From a bacterium (lineage in GTDB: Bacteria > Patescibacteriota > Patescibacteriia > JACQRZ01), in the NCBI GenBank assembly GCA_030688365.1, contig JAUYIE010000018.1:33973-97972 (forward strand): a stretch of DNA of 64,000 nucleotides, read 5' to 3'. The notes beneath the pieces were generated by a model. It had not been told where the DNA came from. It made no database searches and saw only the letters and a list, made by a program, of their open reading frames with translations. Numbering within the stretch: the first letter of the stretch is position 1; each line of letters opens with the position of its first letter. Below are positions 1 to 9,406 of this stretch, in pieces. The position numbers were made by a program, and so were the translations under genes.

Positions 1-1357
1 TGCCGATAGGAAGCTGCTGTCCATCTTCTTGTGCAAAACCGCAGGGGAGGGAAACAGCCGGGATGCCGGCTATATTTGCCGAAACAGTAAAAATATCCGC
101 CAAATACATGGAAAGTGGGTCATCAGTTTTTTCACCAAATTTAAATGCAGGGGTCGGAGATGTCGGTGCAATCATGCAATCCACATCCTGAAATGCTTGG
201 CTATAATCCTTGCGAATCATGCTACGTACGAGTTGTGCTTGATTGTAATATTGATCTGCATACCCCGATGAAAGTACATACGTACCAAGCATGATGCGAC
301 GACGCACTTCAGCGCCCAGCCCTGTTTCACGAGAAGAAAGATAGGTGTTCCACAGATCTTTGGCAGATGTATCGCGATAGCCATATCGTATCCCATCATA
401 ACGCGATATGTTTGCACATACTTCTGCCGGCATGATGATATAATACACAGCCAATGCATACGGAGCATGTGGTAATGAAACCTCAACGATCGTCGCGCCT
501 GCAGATTTCAAGGTCTGTGATGCTTCGCGTATTGCCTTTTCTACACGAGGATCAAGTCCGTCAATAAAAAACTCTTTAGGAATACCAATGCGTAATCCTT
601 TGACATCATGAGAAAGCTTTGTTGGCTCAATGACAGGACCTGCGTGCGCAGTGGTGGAATCATATGTATCACTACCGCGAATAGCGTCATAAACAATCGT
701 CGCATCTTGTACTGTACGAGCAAATGAGCCAATCTGATCCAAAGAAGATGCCATGGCAATAGCACCGTATCGCGAAACTTGTCCGTAGGTAGGTTTGAGC
801 CCGACAACACCACACAACCCTGCTGGCTGACGAATAGATCCGCCCGTGTCAGTCCCAAGCGCAAATACTGCTTCACCTGATGCGACGGCGACAGCTGATC
901 CACCCGATGAACCACCAGGAACACGTGCTGTATCCCAAGGATTTTTTGACGGTCCATATGCCGAGTTTTCAGTTGATGATCCCATCGCAAATTCATCAAG
1001 ATTTGTTTTTCCAATAATAATCGCACCGTGCTCTGCAAGTTTTTTCATGACTGTCGCGCTATAGGACGCTTTGTAATTTTCCAATATTTTGGATCCTGCC
1101 GTAGTGATGGTTCCTTGTATGAGAATATTATCTTTTATTGCACCTGGGATGCCTTCCATTGGGTGAAGTGGGTGACCTTTGGAAATTTTTTCATCAACAT
1201 TTTTTGCGTGCTCTAGCGCCGTGTCTTGATGTAATGACAAAAACGCGTGCAGTGTATCATCATGCACGTCAATCGTTGCGAAAGATTCTTCCACTATTTC
1301 AGTGCAAGAGAACTCTTTGTCCTTATACCCTTGCTGGATTTCTGAGATGGTTTTCAT
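1..1357 (-). CDS. gatA: Asp/Glu-tRNA amidotransferase subunit A (3' end outside window)
   Basis: Read manually (not in ORF track): ATG at 1357, MKTISEIQ..., amidase signature IGKTNLDEFAMGSSTENS, PGGSSGGSA, LGTDTGGSIRQPA; directly downstream of gatC. Confidence 0.95.
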   Translation of the reverse strand, partial: MKTISEIQQGYKDKEFSCTEIVEESFATIDVHDDTLHAFLSLHQDTALEHAKNVDEKISKGHPLHPMEGIPGAIKDNILIQGTITTAGSKILENYKASYSATVMKKLAEHGAIIIGKTNLDEFAMGSSTENSAYGPSKNPWDTARVPGGSSGGSAVAVASGEAVFALGTDTGGSIRQPAGLCGVVGLKPTYGQVSRYGAIAMASSLDQIGSFARTVQDATIVYDAIRGSDTYDSTTAHAGPVIEPTKLSHDVKGLRIGIPKEFFIDGLDPRVEKAIREASQTLKSAGATIVEVSLPHAPYALAVYYIIMPAEVCANISRYDGIRYGYRDTSAKDLWNTYLSSRETGLGAEVRRRIMLGTYVLSSGYADQYYNQAQLVRSMIRKDYSQAFQDVDCMIAPTSPTPAFKFGEKTDDPLSMYLADIFTVSANIAGIPAVSLPCGFAQEDGQQLPIG

Positions 1358-1362
1358 ACGTA

Positions 1363-1653
1363 TTAAAAAATCTTTTTAACTGACAGCACATCGCCTTTCT
1401 TTTCTGGAAACTGATCAATGATCTCGGCTCGCTCCGTCTCATCAGTTGGCAGTGCTTCATCCGCGCGTGTAACTCCCGAAAGTCCTGGTACGTGATACTC
1501 GTACTCCACGCCTGTCGTATCAACCTTTTTGAGCATATCCACATACGCCAAAATAGAGCTCAATTGCCCTCCAAAACGTTCCTCTTCCTCTGGTTTGAGA
1601 CCAATACGAGAAAGCTGTGCCAATTTGTTTGTTTCTTCACGAGAAAGTGCCAT
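1363..1653 (-). CDS. gatC: Asp/Glu-tRNA amidotransferase subunit C
   Basis: LAQLSRIGL...QLSSILAYVDML, C-terminal VKKIF; 96 aa, adjacent to gatA. Confidence 0.93.
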   Translation of the reverse strand: MALSREETNKLAQLSRIGLKPEEEERFGGQLSSILAYVDMLKKVDTTGVEYEYHVPGLSGVTRADEALPTDETERAEIIDQFPEKKGDVLSVKKIF

Positions 1654-1687
1654 ATATATGGGTATATTATTTCAGCATTACCTTACC

Positions 1688-2005
1688 TTATTGACCCAAA
1701 AAAGGAAAGAGTACGGTACGAGATAAAAGAAGAAGATTTACCACAATACTAATACCCGCATATACGAGCATCAACGCAAATGCTTTAGAAAAACGCACTT
1801 CCAAAAGAACGACCAATATCAAACAAAACGACAAAGATGCGACGAGTACGTCATACGCAACGCCAAAGTATGCAAATAATTCTAAAGGGATCACCATTAG
1901 TATCAGACGATACCATTTTAATTTTGTACGCAAGAAACGATCCATCACACTAAGACCGAATGTGTTAATTACGATAGGAATAATATACAACCATGGGATC
2001 GTCAT
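1688..2005 (-). CDS. small multi-pass membrane protein, unknown function
   Basis: 105 aa, about four hydrophobic stretches, packed between ligA and gatC. Confidence 0.7.
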   Translation of the reverse strand: MTIPWLYIIPIVINTFGLSVMDRFLRTKLKWYRLILMVIPLELFAYFGVAYDVLVASLSFCLILVVLLEVRFSKAFALMLVYAGISIVVNLLLLSRTVLFPFLGQ

Positions 2006-2009
2006 ATAG

Positions 2010-4088
2010 TTATGGTAATATTAATTTCAAAAATTCTTCTTCAGTAAGAATACGCACGCCAAGTTTTTTTGCTGTATCAAACTTTGATCCAGGGTTATCC
2101 CCTGCCACGACATAGTCTGTATTCACACTTACTGTCGACGCCACATCTCCCCCTTGCTCGCGAACAGCTCTTTTTGCATCATCTCGCGTGAGCGTATCCA
2201 ATGAGCCCGTCAATACAAATGTCGTCCCTTTCAAATCCTGTTTTTTTGCGTGGTGCGCTTTTTTTATAATCACACCGTTTTTTAACAATGATGCAACCTG
2301 ATCCTTTTTTTTGTTATCATGGAAAAAATCATAGACACTTGCCGCAACAATATCACCCACATCAGGTACTGCTTCCAGTTGTTCTTGCGTTGCGTTTCCC
2401 AACCTCTCCACTGTTCCAAAATTTTGCGCCAAGTCATATGCTGTTTCTTCTCCAACATGAACGATACCCAGTGCATACAAGAAACGAAAAAAATCTATTT
2501 CACGCGAAGTGTGTATCGCGTCAATAAGATTTTGTGCTGATTTATCGGCAAAACGCTCTAAGGGCTCTATATCACCTTTAGTAAGGGTAAATAAGTCCGC
2601 TGGTGTACTGATAAGACCAGTGTTAATCAACTGCTCAATAATCTTTTCTCCCAGTCCATCAATATCAAACCCTTTCTTTGATACAAAATGTTTCATACCT
2701 GCCAACTCTTGTGCGAAACACTTTTTGTTGGAGCACGATATAGCGACTTTATCCTTTTGATGTACGATCGTCGACGAGCACACAGGACATTTTTTAGGAA
2801 TGGAAATTGGTTTTTCATCCCCCGTGCGTAATGTTTTGACGACGTTGACAACTTTGGGAATAATATCACCAGCTTTTTCAATAATAACAGTATCGCCAAT
2901 TTTTACCCCCAAACGATGAATCTCGTCAATATTGTGGAGTGTTGCGTGTGTCACTGTAGTACCCGCAACCAAGACAGGACGCAGATGCGCAACAGGTGTT
3001 AATGTGGCAGTTCGCCCTACTTGAAATATAACATCTTGCACAACTGTTGTCGCTTGTTGCGCCGGAAACTTATAGGCCACACTTCCACGCGGAGTTTTTC
3101 CTACCACCCCCAGCCGTCCATATAATGCATTGTCATTCACGGTCACCACAATCCCATCTGTCCAATAATCAAACTTTTCTCTTTTTTTTATGACGTGAGC
3201 ATGGAATGATTCTACATCAAGAAGTGTAACACATTGCGCATACATAGGGTTTATTTTTACTCCCAACAATCTCAAAAAATCATGCACTTGCGCATGCGTA
3301 TGCAATCCAAAGCGATCTTCATTCATGAGCGAATAGCCAAAAAAATCCAAATGACGACTGGCAACAATACGGGGATCCAACTGACGAATCGTTCCCGCTG
3401 CGACATTACGGGGATTTGCAAACGGTGGCAAATTCTTTTTTTCTTGTTCTTTATTGATGCGCGCAAATGTCTTTTTACCCATAAACACCTCACCTCGTAT
3501 TTCTATTGTACCTGTAAGTGAGGTCAATTTTTTAAGAAACGTTTGTTGATCAATATGACCATGATGAGTTTTTAAAAAAACATCTATTTCTTTTTTGTCC
3601 GGACGACGAAGCTGTAGAGGGATAGAATCAATTGTCTTCAGATTTTGTGTTACGTCTTCCCCTGTTTTCCCATCACCACGAGTGGATCCTCGCACCAACA
3701 TCCCATCGTCATATTCCAATGACACTGCCAACCCATCCATCTTTATTTCTACAAAAAAATCCAATGTATGGCGAGGTACCAGCTTTGCCACTCGTGTTTG
3801 CCAATCTTCCATTTCCTCAAAAGAAAAAACGTCTTCAATAGAAAGCATTGGAGTGACATGTGCGACTTTTGCAAATTTTGTAAGTGTCATACCACCAACG
3901 CGTTGTGTGGGAGAGCTGGAGATAATCAACGATGGAAATTGTTGTTCAATAGTGTATAGTTCGTGTTTAAGTGAATCCAATGCCGCATCAGAAATCTCTT
4001 GTTTATCAAGCACATGATAGAGATACCGATGATGTTCAATCGTTTCACGTAATTTTTTTATGCGTACTTCCGCCTCTTTTTTGGTCAT
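2010..4088 (-). CDS. ligA: NAD-dependent DNA ligase
   Basis: EIKMDG adenylation motif, STRGDG, EIRGEV, Zn finger CPVC...C...C, HhH repeats, BRCT (FVLTGSL...GSKFDTAKKLGV). Confidence 0.98.
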   Translation of the reverse strand: MTKKEAEVRIKKLRETIEHHRYLYHVLDKQEISDAALDSLKHELYTIEQQFPSLIISSSPTQRVGGMTLTKFAKVAHVTPMLSIEDVFSFEEMEDWQTRVAKLVPRHTLDFFVEIKMDGLAVSLEYDDGMLVRGSTRGDGKTGEDVTQNLKTIDSIPLQLRRPDKKEIDVFLKTHHGHIDQQTFLKKLTSLTGTIEIRGEVFMGKKTFARINKEQEKKNLPPFANPRNVAAGTIRQLDPRIVASRHLDFFGYSLMNEDRFGLHTHAQVHDFLRLLGVKINPMYAQCVTLLDVESFHAHVIKKREKFDYWTDGIVVTVNDNALYGRLGVVGKTPRGSVAYKFPAQQATTVVQDVIFQVGRTATLTPVAHLRPVLVAGTTVTHATLHNIDEIHRLGVKIGDTVIIEKAGDIIPKVVNVVKTLRTGDEKPISIPKKCPVCSSTIVHQKDKVAISCSNKKCFAQELAGMKHFVSKKGFDIDGLGEKIIEQLINTGLISTPADLFTLTKGDIEPLERFADKSAQNLIDAIHTSREIDFFRFLYALGIVHVGEETAYDLAQNFGTVERLGNATQEQLEAVPDVGDIVAASVYDFFHDNKKKDQVASLLKNGVIIKKAHHAKKQDLKGTTFVLTGSLDTLTRDDAKRAVREQGGDVASTVSVNTDYVVAGDNPGSKFDTAKKLGVRILTEEEFLKLILP

Positions 4089-4100
4089 ACCTATACGTAA

Positions 4101-4982
4101 TTATTTCTGAACAACTGCCTCGCTAAAGAGAACGTAGTTAAAAAGCGATGATATACCTGATTGCGCCGGGAGTGTGATATGCAATTGCTGACGAACTCCC
4201 TGATAGTCTGCCTGTGGGGCGATTGTATACATATTACTCATCGCAACAGCAGAACCAGTACCGCTATCACCGTCGTAAAATTCTATATTCACTCCATAAA
4301 GATCACAGTACAACGAAGTAATCTGCAACACCATTGGTTTGTCCTGACCCAACAAAGAATCAGCTAAATCTGGATTAACAGTGACATCGTTAAATATCAC
4401 TTGCGCAGGCGCGCCTTCAGAAGGCGTTTTTACATATTCTTTTATATTACTAATTTTTGCAAAACTATCGTCCCATTGGACACTGCTGTCTCCTGTCCAT
4501 GTGGCAGCTCTCGCCTGTATCCAGGGTGCAACTGTATCCTCGGGATCACACGTACCTTGATTTTCCCATGACACTTTCATTGATTGAATATCGGTAACTG
4601 ATGTGTATCCGTTATCAAAATAAAGAGGAACAACGATTGATTGGTATTTTCCCAAACGAGTAAGACGCAAAATATCAGAACTAGTTTTAAATGTTTCACT
4701 GGTATCTAACACCCACGTAGCATCTTTGCCATTTATTGCAATAGTATCAGTTGTAGGATTTGGAGTGGTCGCACCCAATTGTCTGATCTGATACATTGTG
4801 CGTTCGGCCGCTGTCTCTGCGGTATAATACGCGACAATCGAACTGTCCACATTTCTCGCCTGTCTTAAGGAATTGACCGCGTAAATAGCAAATTCAACCG
4901 AAGCAACTAAAATGCCAGCAGTGAGAATGATTGCCATTACTACGACTGATCCTGATTGATTTTTTTTGAGAGTATACAACAT
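4101..4982 (-). CDS. PilX-like minor type IV pilin
   Basis: Class III-like signal KKNQSG/SVVVMAII without Glu5, followed by AYYTAETAAE as in PilX N-termini. Confidence 0.75.
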   Translation of the reverse strand: MLYTLKKNQSGSVVVMAIILTAGILVASVEFAIYAVNSLRQARNVDSSIVAYYTAETAAERTMYQIRQLGATTPNPTTDTIAINGKDATWVLDTSETFKTSSDILRLTRLGKYQSIVVPLYFDNGYTSVTDIQSMKVSWENQGTCDPEDTVAPWIQARAATWTGDSSVQWDDSFAKISNIKEYVKTPSEGAPAQVIFNDVTVNPDLADSLLGQDKPMVLQITSLYCDLYGVNIEFYDGDSGTGSAVAMSNMYTIAPQADYQGVRQQLHITLPAQSGISSLFNYVLFSEAVVQK

Positions 4983-4983
4983 A

Positions 4984-5628
4984 TTATCGACGATATTCGC
5001 GCGTAGTGATTAACGTTTGTAAAAACATAGGGATCTTCACATCAGTTTGACGCACTCGTCCGGTACCTTTGACAACAATGCGTACTCGAGGCTGTTGATG
5101 TGCATTATACATACCAGTATCAGTATCAATTTCAAATGGGTCAACGGTTGGCAAGATATAAAACTTTAAATATTCTACCGATACGCCATCCCCGGTCAGT
5201 GAATGCCATGTACTGTCATCATCTGAAATAAGTAAACAATTTTTTGTTTCCGGATTTGTTTCCGTGTCTACACAATCGCCTGCTGTACCGTCTCCTTTTT
5301 TAAACCACAAAGATGTTCCATCAAAAGAACGCACGGCAAGTATATTGGCAGCGCCACTATCAGGATCAATATCAGCTGGATGTGCTTGATAATAGGCATA
5401 GTCAATTCCACCGTCACGCACGTCATCGGTAATACGATTAATGCTAAAACGCAAATTGTCTTGAAGATTTTCCATAGATGCGGCAGTGCGTTGTGCACGT
5501 TGCGCAAGAGAAAATAAATCCAACAGAGCAACGACAACAACGACAAATATAAACGTCGCAACCATCATCTCAATCAAAGTAAAACCTGATCTGCTGTTTT
5601 GAATATTTTGTTTGTGTGTGTGAAACAT
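4984..5628 (-). CDS. PilW/PulJ-like minor type IV pilin
   Basis: Prepilin cleavage/methylation motif RSG/FTLIEMMVA. Confidence 0.88.
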   Translation of the reverse strand: MFHTHKQNIQNSRSGFTLIEMMVATFIFVVVVVALLDLFSLAQRAQRTAASMENLQDNLRFSINRITDDVRDGGIDYAYYQAHPADIDPDSGAANILAVRSFDGTSLWFKKGDGTAGDCVDTETNPETKNCLLISDDDSTWHSLTGDGVSVEYLKFYILPTVDPFEIDTDTGMYNAHQQPRVRIVVKGTGRVRQTDVKIPMFLQTLITTREYRR

Positions 5629-5636
5629 ATTGTGTG

Positions 5637-6248
5637 CTATCGCCAGTTATAAAGACGATCAACCAATGTTGTATTTTTTTCTTGACCAAAATGAAGCCAT
5701 GAAACTGTGGCGGTAATATCCATCCCAATACGTGTTTCATCAGATATAGAGCATCCGCCCTCTTCAATGGATTCAGTTTCTTGAACAGTATTAAAACAAA
5801 TCGGTTTTGTTGTAACAGAACGAGAAAATCGTGTCTCGTCTCCGGAAATACCAAAAACATTGGTGTCAGGATCACGAGACAGGAGGAGAGGAGGACATAG
5901 TTCACCAGTCGGTGCAGAAAACGTCAGACCACCTATGCCGTCCAGTTCGCCACACCCCATGGTATTACCAATCCCTAATCCATCGTCCCATAAGACTTCT
6001 GCCGGTTCAGTTTGTCCTTCTTCTATCGGCATTTGCAATGAACTGATAAAATTGGTATCGCGTCTAGCTCGAATCTCTTCAATCGCTTCCCGTGCAAGTT
6101 GTGTTGCAACAAGACGATCTGATCCAAAGCGTTCAGTGTTAACATTACTTTGTGCCAACGCCAATACCCCCAACATACCGGTCAACATGACAATGATGGC
6201 AATAAGCACTTCTATGATAGTCTGGCCTTGTTGATTGGGGATACGCAT
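5637..6248 (-). CDS. PilV-like minor type IV pilin
   Basis: QQG/QTIIEVLIAI prepilin motif and ATQLAREAIEEIR; ATG at 6248 preferred over 6275, which overlaps scpA. Confidence 0.85.
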   Translation of the reverse strand: MRIPNQQGQTIIEVLIAIIVMLTGMLGVLALAQSNVNTERFGSDRLVATQLAREAIEEIRARRDTNFISSLQMPIEEGQTEPAEVLWDDGLGIGNTMGCGELDGIGGLTFSAPTGELCPPLLLSRDPDTNVFGISGDETRFSRSVTTKPICFNTVQETESIEEGGCSISDETRIGMDITATVSWLHFGQEKNTTLVDRLYNWR

Positions 6249-6258
6249 GTGATAAAAC

Positions 6259-6960
6259 TTATGATATGGAAACAATACTTATATCATGTGAAATGGATGT
6301 TTGCGATATGACCGCCACTTGTTGTTTCACCAATTCTAAGATTGCAAGAAATTGGACGATCACTTCGGTCTTTGACTGTGCATTTCTTATTAAATCTTGA
6401 AACTGAAATGAGGCATGTTGATCCAAACGGGATTTCAAACGTGAAATCGTCTCTTGCAAGTTTATCTGTGGATCAATGACGATACGTCGTACCGGCGGTC
6501 GGACTTCCATACGGTCTATTACCTGACCACACACATCCGCAATAGTGTGTGCTGTAACACTTGGCGGAGGAAAAAATCCTGAAACGCGTGCATGTCTCAC
6601 CACTGGTTTAAAAAACGATACATTTCCGTGTGACAAGATTTCTTTCAACATCTTAGCTGCATCTGCAAACTCTTTGTAAATCTTCAATTGGCGTGCAAGT
6701 AAATCAATATCCTCCTCTTCTTCGGGTGTTAATAAAGGTAAGAGTGCTCTGGATTTTATCAAAATCAGCCGACTCGCGACGACTAAAAAATCCGCAAGCT
6801 CGTCTACATGTATCTCGCTCGCAAGATTTTTGATAGACACCAAATACTGCTCCGTCACTTGTGCTAAAGAAATCTCGGTAATATCAAGATCCTTTTCAGT
6901 GATGAGCTGTAACAACAAATCCAACGGACCCTCAAATTGTTCCACTTTGACTGAAAGCAT
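6259..6960 (-). CDS. scpA: segregation/condensation protein A (kleisin)
   Basis: FEGPLDLLLQLI, IKSRALLP, FLAILELVK motifs. Confidence 0.95.
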   Translation of the reverse strand: MLSVKVEQFEGPLDLLLQLITEKDLDITEISLAQVTEQYLVSIKNLASEIHVDELADFLVVASRLILIKSRALLPLLTPEEEEDIDLLARQLKIYKEFADAAKMLKEILSHGNVSFFKPVVRHARVSGFFPPPSVTAHTIADVCGQVIDRMEVRPPVRRIVIDPQINLQETISRLKSRLDQHASFQFQDLIRNAQSKTEVIVQFLAILELVKQQVAVISQTSISHDISIVSIS

Positions 6961-7055
6961 ATAAAAAACCCCTTAGGGATGTTTCCTCTCATCACATGTA
7001 TTGTACCATTTCAAAAGATTTTTGGAAAAGCCATATAACAACAGGCAACTCTATG

Positions 7056-7085
7056 TTGTCAAGACATCCTTATGGAGAGTATAAT
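7056..7085 (+). promoter_or_regulatory. putative sigma70 promoter of the 7131 gene
   Basis: TTGTCA-18 bp-TATAAT upstream of an AAGGAGG RBS; a divergent extended -10 (TGGTACAAT, minus strand, 7000-7008) faces scpA. Confidence 0.55.
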
Positions 7086-7130
7086 AAAGTATAGTTATCT
7101 ACATGGAAGTACTTTTACAAAGGAGGACTT

Positions 7131-7541
7131 ATGGACGCCCATTTTTTATACGATGTGTTAAACCTCATTCGTGGGTATATAACCACACTTTATAAACAGA
7201 AAACTTCATCCAGATTTATTGGTGAGTCCCAACGATGGAGTATATGGACAAATAACGACCTCGATATGTGCTATATACACAATTGGATTTTTTCTAGCAC
7301 TATACAGGAATCAATCATATTCAGACTTAAAGAAAAAAATATTACTCTCACTTTTTATAGAGCAGGTTCCCTTGAAATACAAATAGAGAAACACAATGAA
7401 GAAATCATATATTTATCGTTTGATGAACTTCAAGAAAATTCAAAAAAAATCTGTAGATCACTCATCTCGTTTGCGAGGTCTGCATCACAACGCTCCTTCA
7501 AAAAAGCACGCGTAGTAGATGCACAAACTGCGCCATATTGA
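7131..7541 (+). CDS. hypothetical protein (AT-rich orphan)
   Basis: 136-aa ORF with strong AAGGAGG RBS and its own candidate promoter; no motif recognised. Confidence 0.65.
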   Translation: MDAHFLYDVLNLIRGYITTLYKQKTSSRFIGESQRWSIWTNNDLDMCYIHNWIFSSTIQESIIFRLKEKNITLTFYRAGSLEIQIEKHNEEIIYLSFDELQENSKKICRSLISFARSASQRSFKKARVVDAQTAPY

Positions 7542-7584
7542 TTGCAATAAACTATTGCAAAAAATTTAAATGGCGTCTTTTTTT
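7531..7584 (+). terminator. possible terminator between the convergent 7131 gene and aspS
   Basis: CGCCA...TGGCG enclosing a TTGCAATA/TATTGCAA hairpin, followed by a T-run. Confidence 0.4.
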
Positions 7585-7587
7585 GTC

Positions 7588-9351
7588 CTAAACCTTTTTT
7601 ACAATATTGATCCCCAGCTCCTTGAGCTGTTTCTCATCCACGGTAGATGGTGACCCAAGCATGAGGTCTTGCGCGTTACCGTTTTTTGGAAAAGCATAAA
7701 TATCACGAATGTTTGGCAGATCAAAGAGTACCATCAATATACGATCAAGCCCGGGGGCGATACCGCCATGAGGAGGCGCGCCGTATTCAAACGCTTTGAT
7801 CATGTGCCCAAACTTTTTATCGACATCCTCCTTGGAATACCCAACCAACTCAAAGGCCTTGTACATTATTTCAGGTTTATGATTTCGTATGGCACCAGAA
7901 CTTATTTCATAGCCATTACAAACTAAATCATATTGATTTGCAGTGATCTCAAGTGGGTCCCTTGTCTCAAGAGCTTCCATCCCCCCATCAGGCATTGAAA
8001 ATGGATTATGTGAAAAGTCCACCTTACCTTCATCGGTGATCTCATACATAGGAAAATCAGTCACCCATAGCCACGATGCCTTTTTTGGATCTTTGAGTCC
8101 TAGACGCTCTCCACATTCGCCACGAACAGCACCTAGAGACTTACTGGCGGTCAAAAGAGTATCAGCGCCAAAAAATACAATATCACCTTTTTGCGCATTG
8201 ACGGTCTTTGTCACCGCCTCAATTTCTGCGGGTGTCATGAATTTCAAAATTGGCGAGCGAGGTTTATCCTCATAAATGATATATGCAAGTCCTTTCGCGC
8301 CTTTTTCACGCGCGACTTCAGTCAGACTATCAATCTCACTACGAGAAAATTTTGCCCCATCGTCTATCTTGAGTGCATTTACTATTCCATTTTTGAGTGC
8401 AAGCGCATCTTTGAAAACTTTAAACTCTGATTGCGCGACTATCTCGCTAATATCCACAATCTCAAATTCAAATCGTAAATCTGGCTTATCACTACCATAT
8501 TTTTTCATCGCATCCCAATATGAAATCCGAGGAAACGGCGCTTCTACGATTTCTTTGTCAGAAAATGTCTTTGTCAAATCAATCATCAACGGTTCTACCA
8601 TATTCCACACATCTTCTTGTGTCACAAACGACATCTCCAAATCAATTTGATAAAAATCCCCCGGATGACGATCAGCGCGAGCATCCTCATCACGAAAACA
8701 TGGCGCGATTTGGAAATACCGATCAAGACCGGCAACCATCAAAAGTTGTTTAAATTGTTGTGGCGCTTGTGGCAATGCGTAAAACTTCCCCGGATGCGCT
8801 CGTGAGGGCACCAAAAAATCACGCGCACCTTCCGGTGAAGAGTTGGCTAGTATCGGCGTCTGGACTTCTATAAAATCATTTTTATGAAAATATTCGCGGA
8901 CATGAGTGATGAGACGATCACGATCTGCCATGATTTTTTGTAAGCGTGCATCACGAAGATCAAGATAGCGATAGGTCAGACGTAGTTCTTCATTCACGCT
9001 GGTATTCCCTATTTCAAATGGTGGTGTCTGTGCTCGGCTCAATATCTCAAGATCGGTCGTCATGAGCTCCACTTCACCCGTCGTCATGTGTTTATTGACC
9101 ATGTCTTCCGGTCGTGCGACGACAGTGCCGGTCACTTGTATTACAAACTCCGCGCGAAGCTCTTCCGCCAGTTTCCATGCTTCAGGATTTTTTTCAGGAT
9201 TGAATGTAATCTGGGTAATACCATATCGATCACGAAGATCAATGAATATAAGACCGCCATGATCGCGACGGGCATGCACCCATCCGGCAAGCATTATTTC
9301 GCTCCCAACGTCTTTTTTTGTTATTTGGCCACATGTGTGAGTCCTATACAT
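7588..9351 (-). CDS. aspS: aspartyl-tRNA synthetase, probably non-discriminating
   Basis: MYRTHTCG, RRDHGGLIFIDLRD (His typical of ND-AspRS), PEGARDF, GAPPHGGIA; consistent with nearby gatCA. Confidence 0.97.
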   Translation of the reverse strand: MYRTHTCGQITKKDVGSEIMLAGWVHARRDHGGLIFIDLRDRYGITQITFNPEKNPEAWKLAEELRAEFVIQVTGTVVARPEDMVNKHMTTGEVELMTTDLEILSRAQTPPFEIGNTSVNEELRLTYRYLDLRDARLQKIMADRDRLITHVREYFHKNDFIEVQTPILANSSPEGARDFLVPSRAHPGKFYALPQAPQQFKQLLMVAGLDRYFQIAPCFRDEDARADRHPGDFYQIDLEMSFVTQEDVWNMVEPLMIDLTKTFSDKEIVEAPFPRISYWDAMKKYGSDKPDLRFEFEIVDISEIVAQSEFKVFKDALALKNGIVNALKIDDGAKFSRSEIDSLTEVAREKGAKGLAYIIYEDKPRSPILKFMTPAEIEAVTKTVNAQKGDIVFFGADTLLTASKSLGAVRGECGERLGLKDPKKASWLWVTDFPMYEITDEGKVDFSHNPFSMPDGGMEALETRDPLEITANQYDLVCNGYEISSGAIRNHKPEIMYKAFELVGYSKEDVDKKFGHMIKAFEYGAPPHGGIAPGLDRILMVLFDLPNIRDIYAFPKNGNAQDLMLGSPSTVDEKQLKELGINIVKKV

Positions 9352-9406
9352 ACCTAAAAGGGTTATCGTTTATATGTCCGTAGTATAGGGAATTTATTGA
9401 TTTTTA

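Noticed and set aside
541-1038. 165-aa minus-strand ORF and other short ORFs in 1-1400
   Set aside because: Out-of-frame or antisense shadows of gatA, which the ORF track missed because it runs off the window edge.
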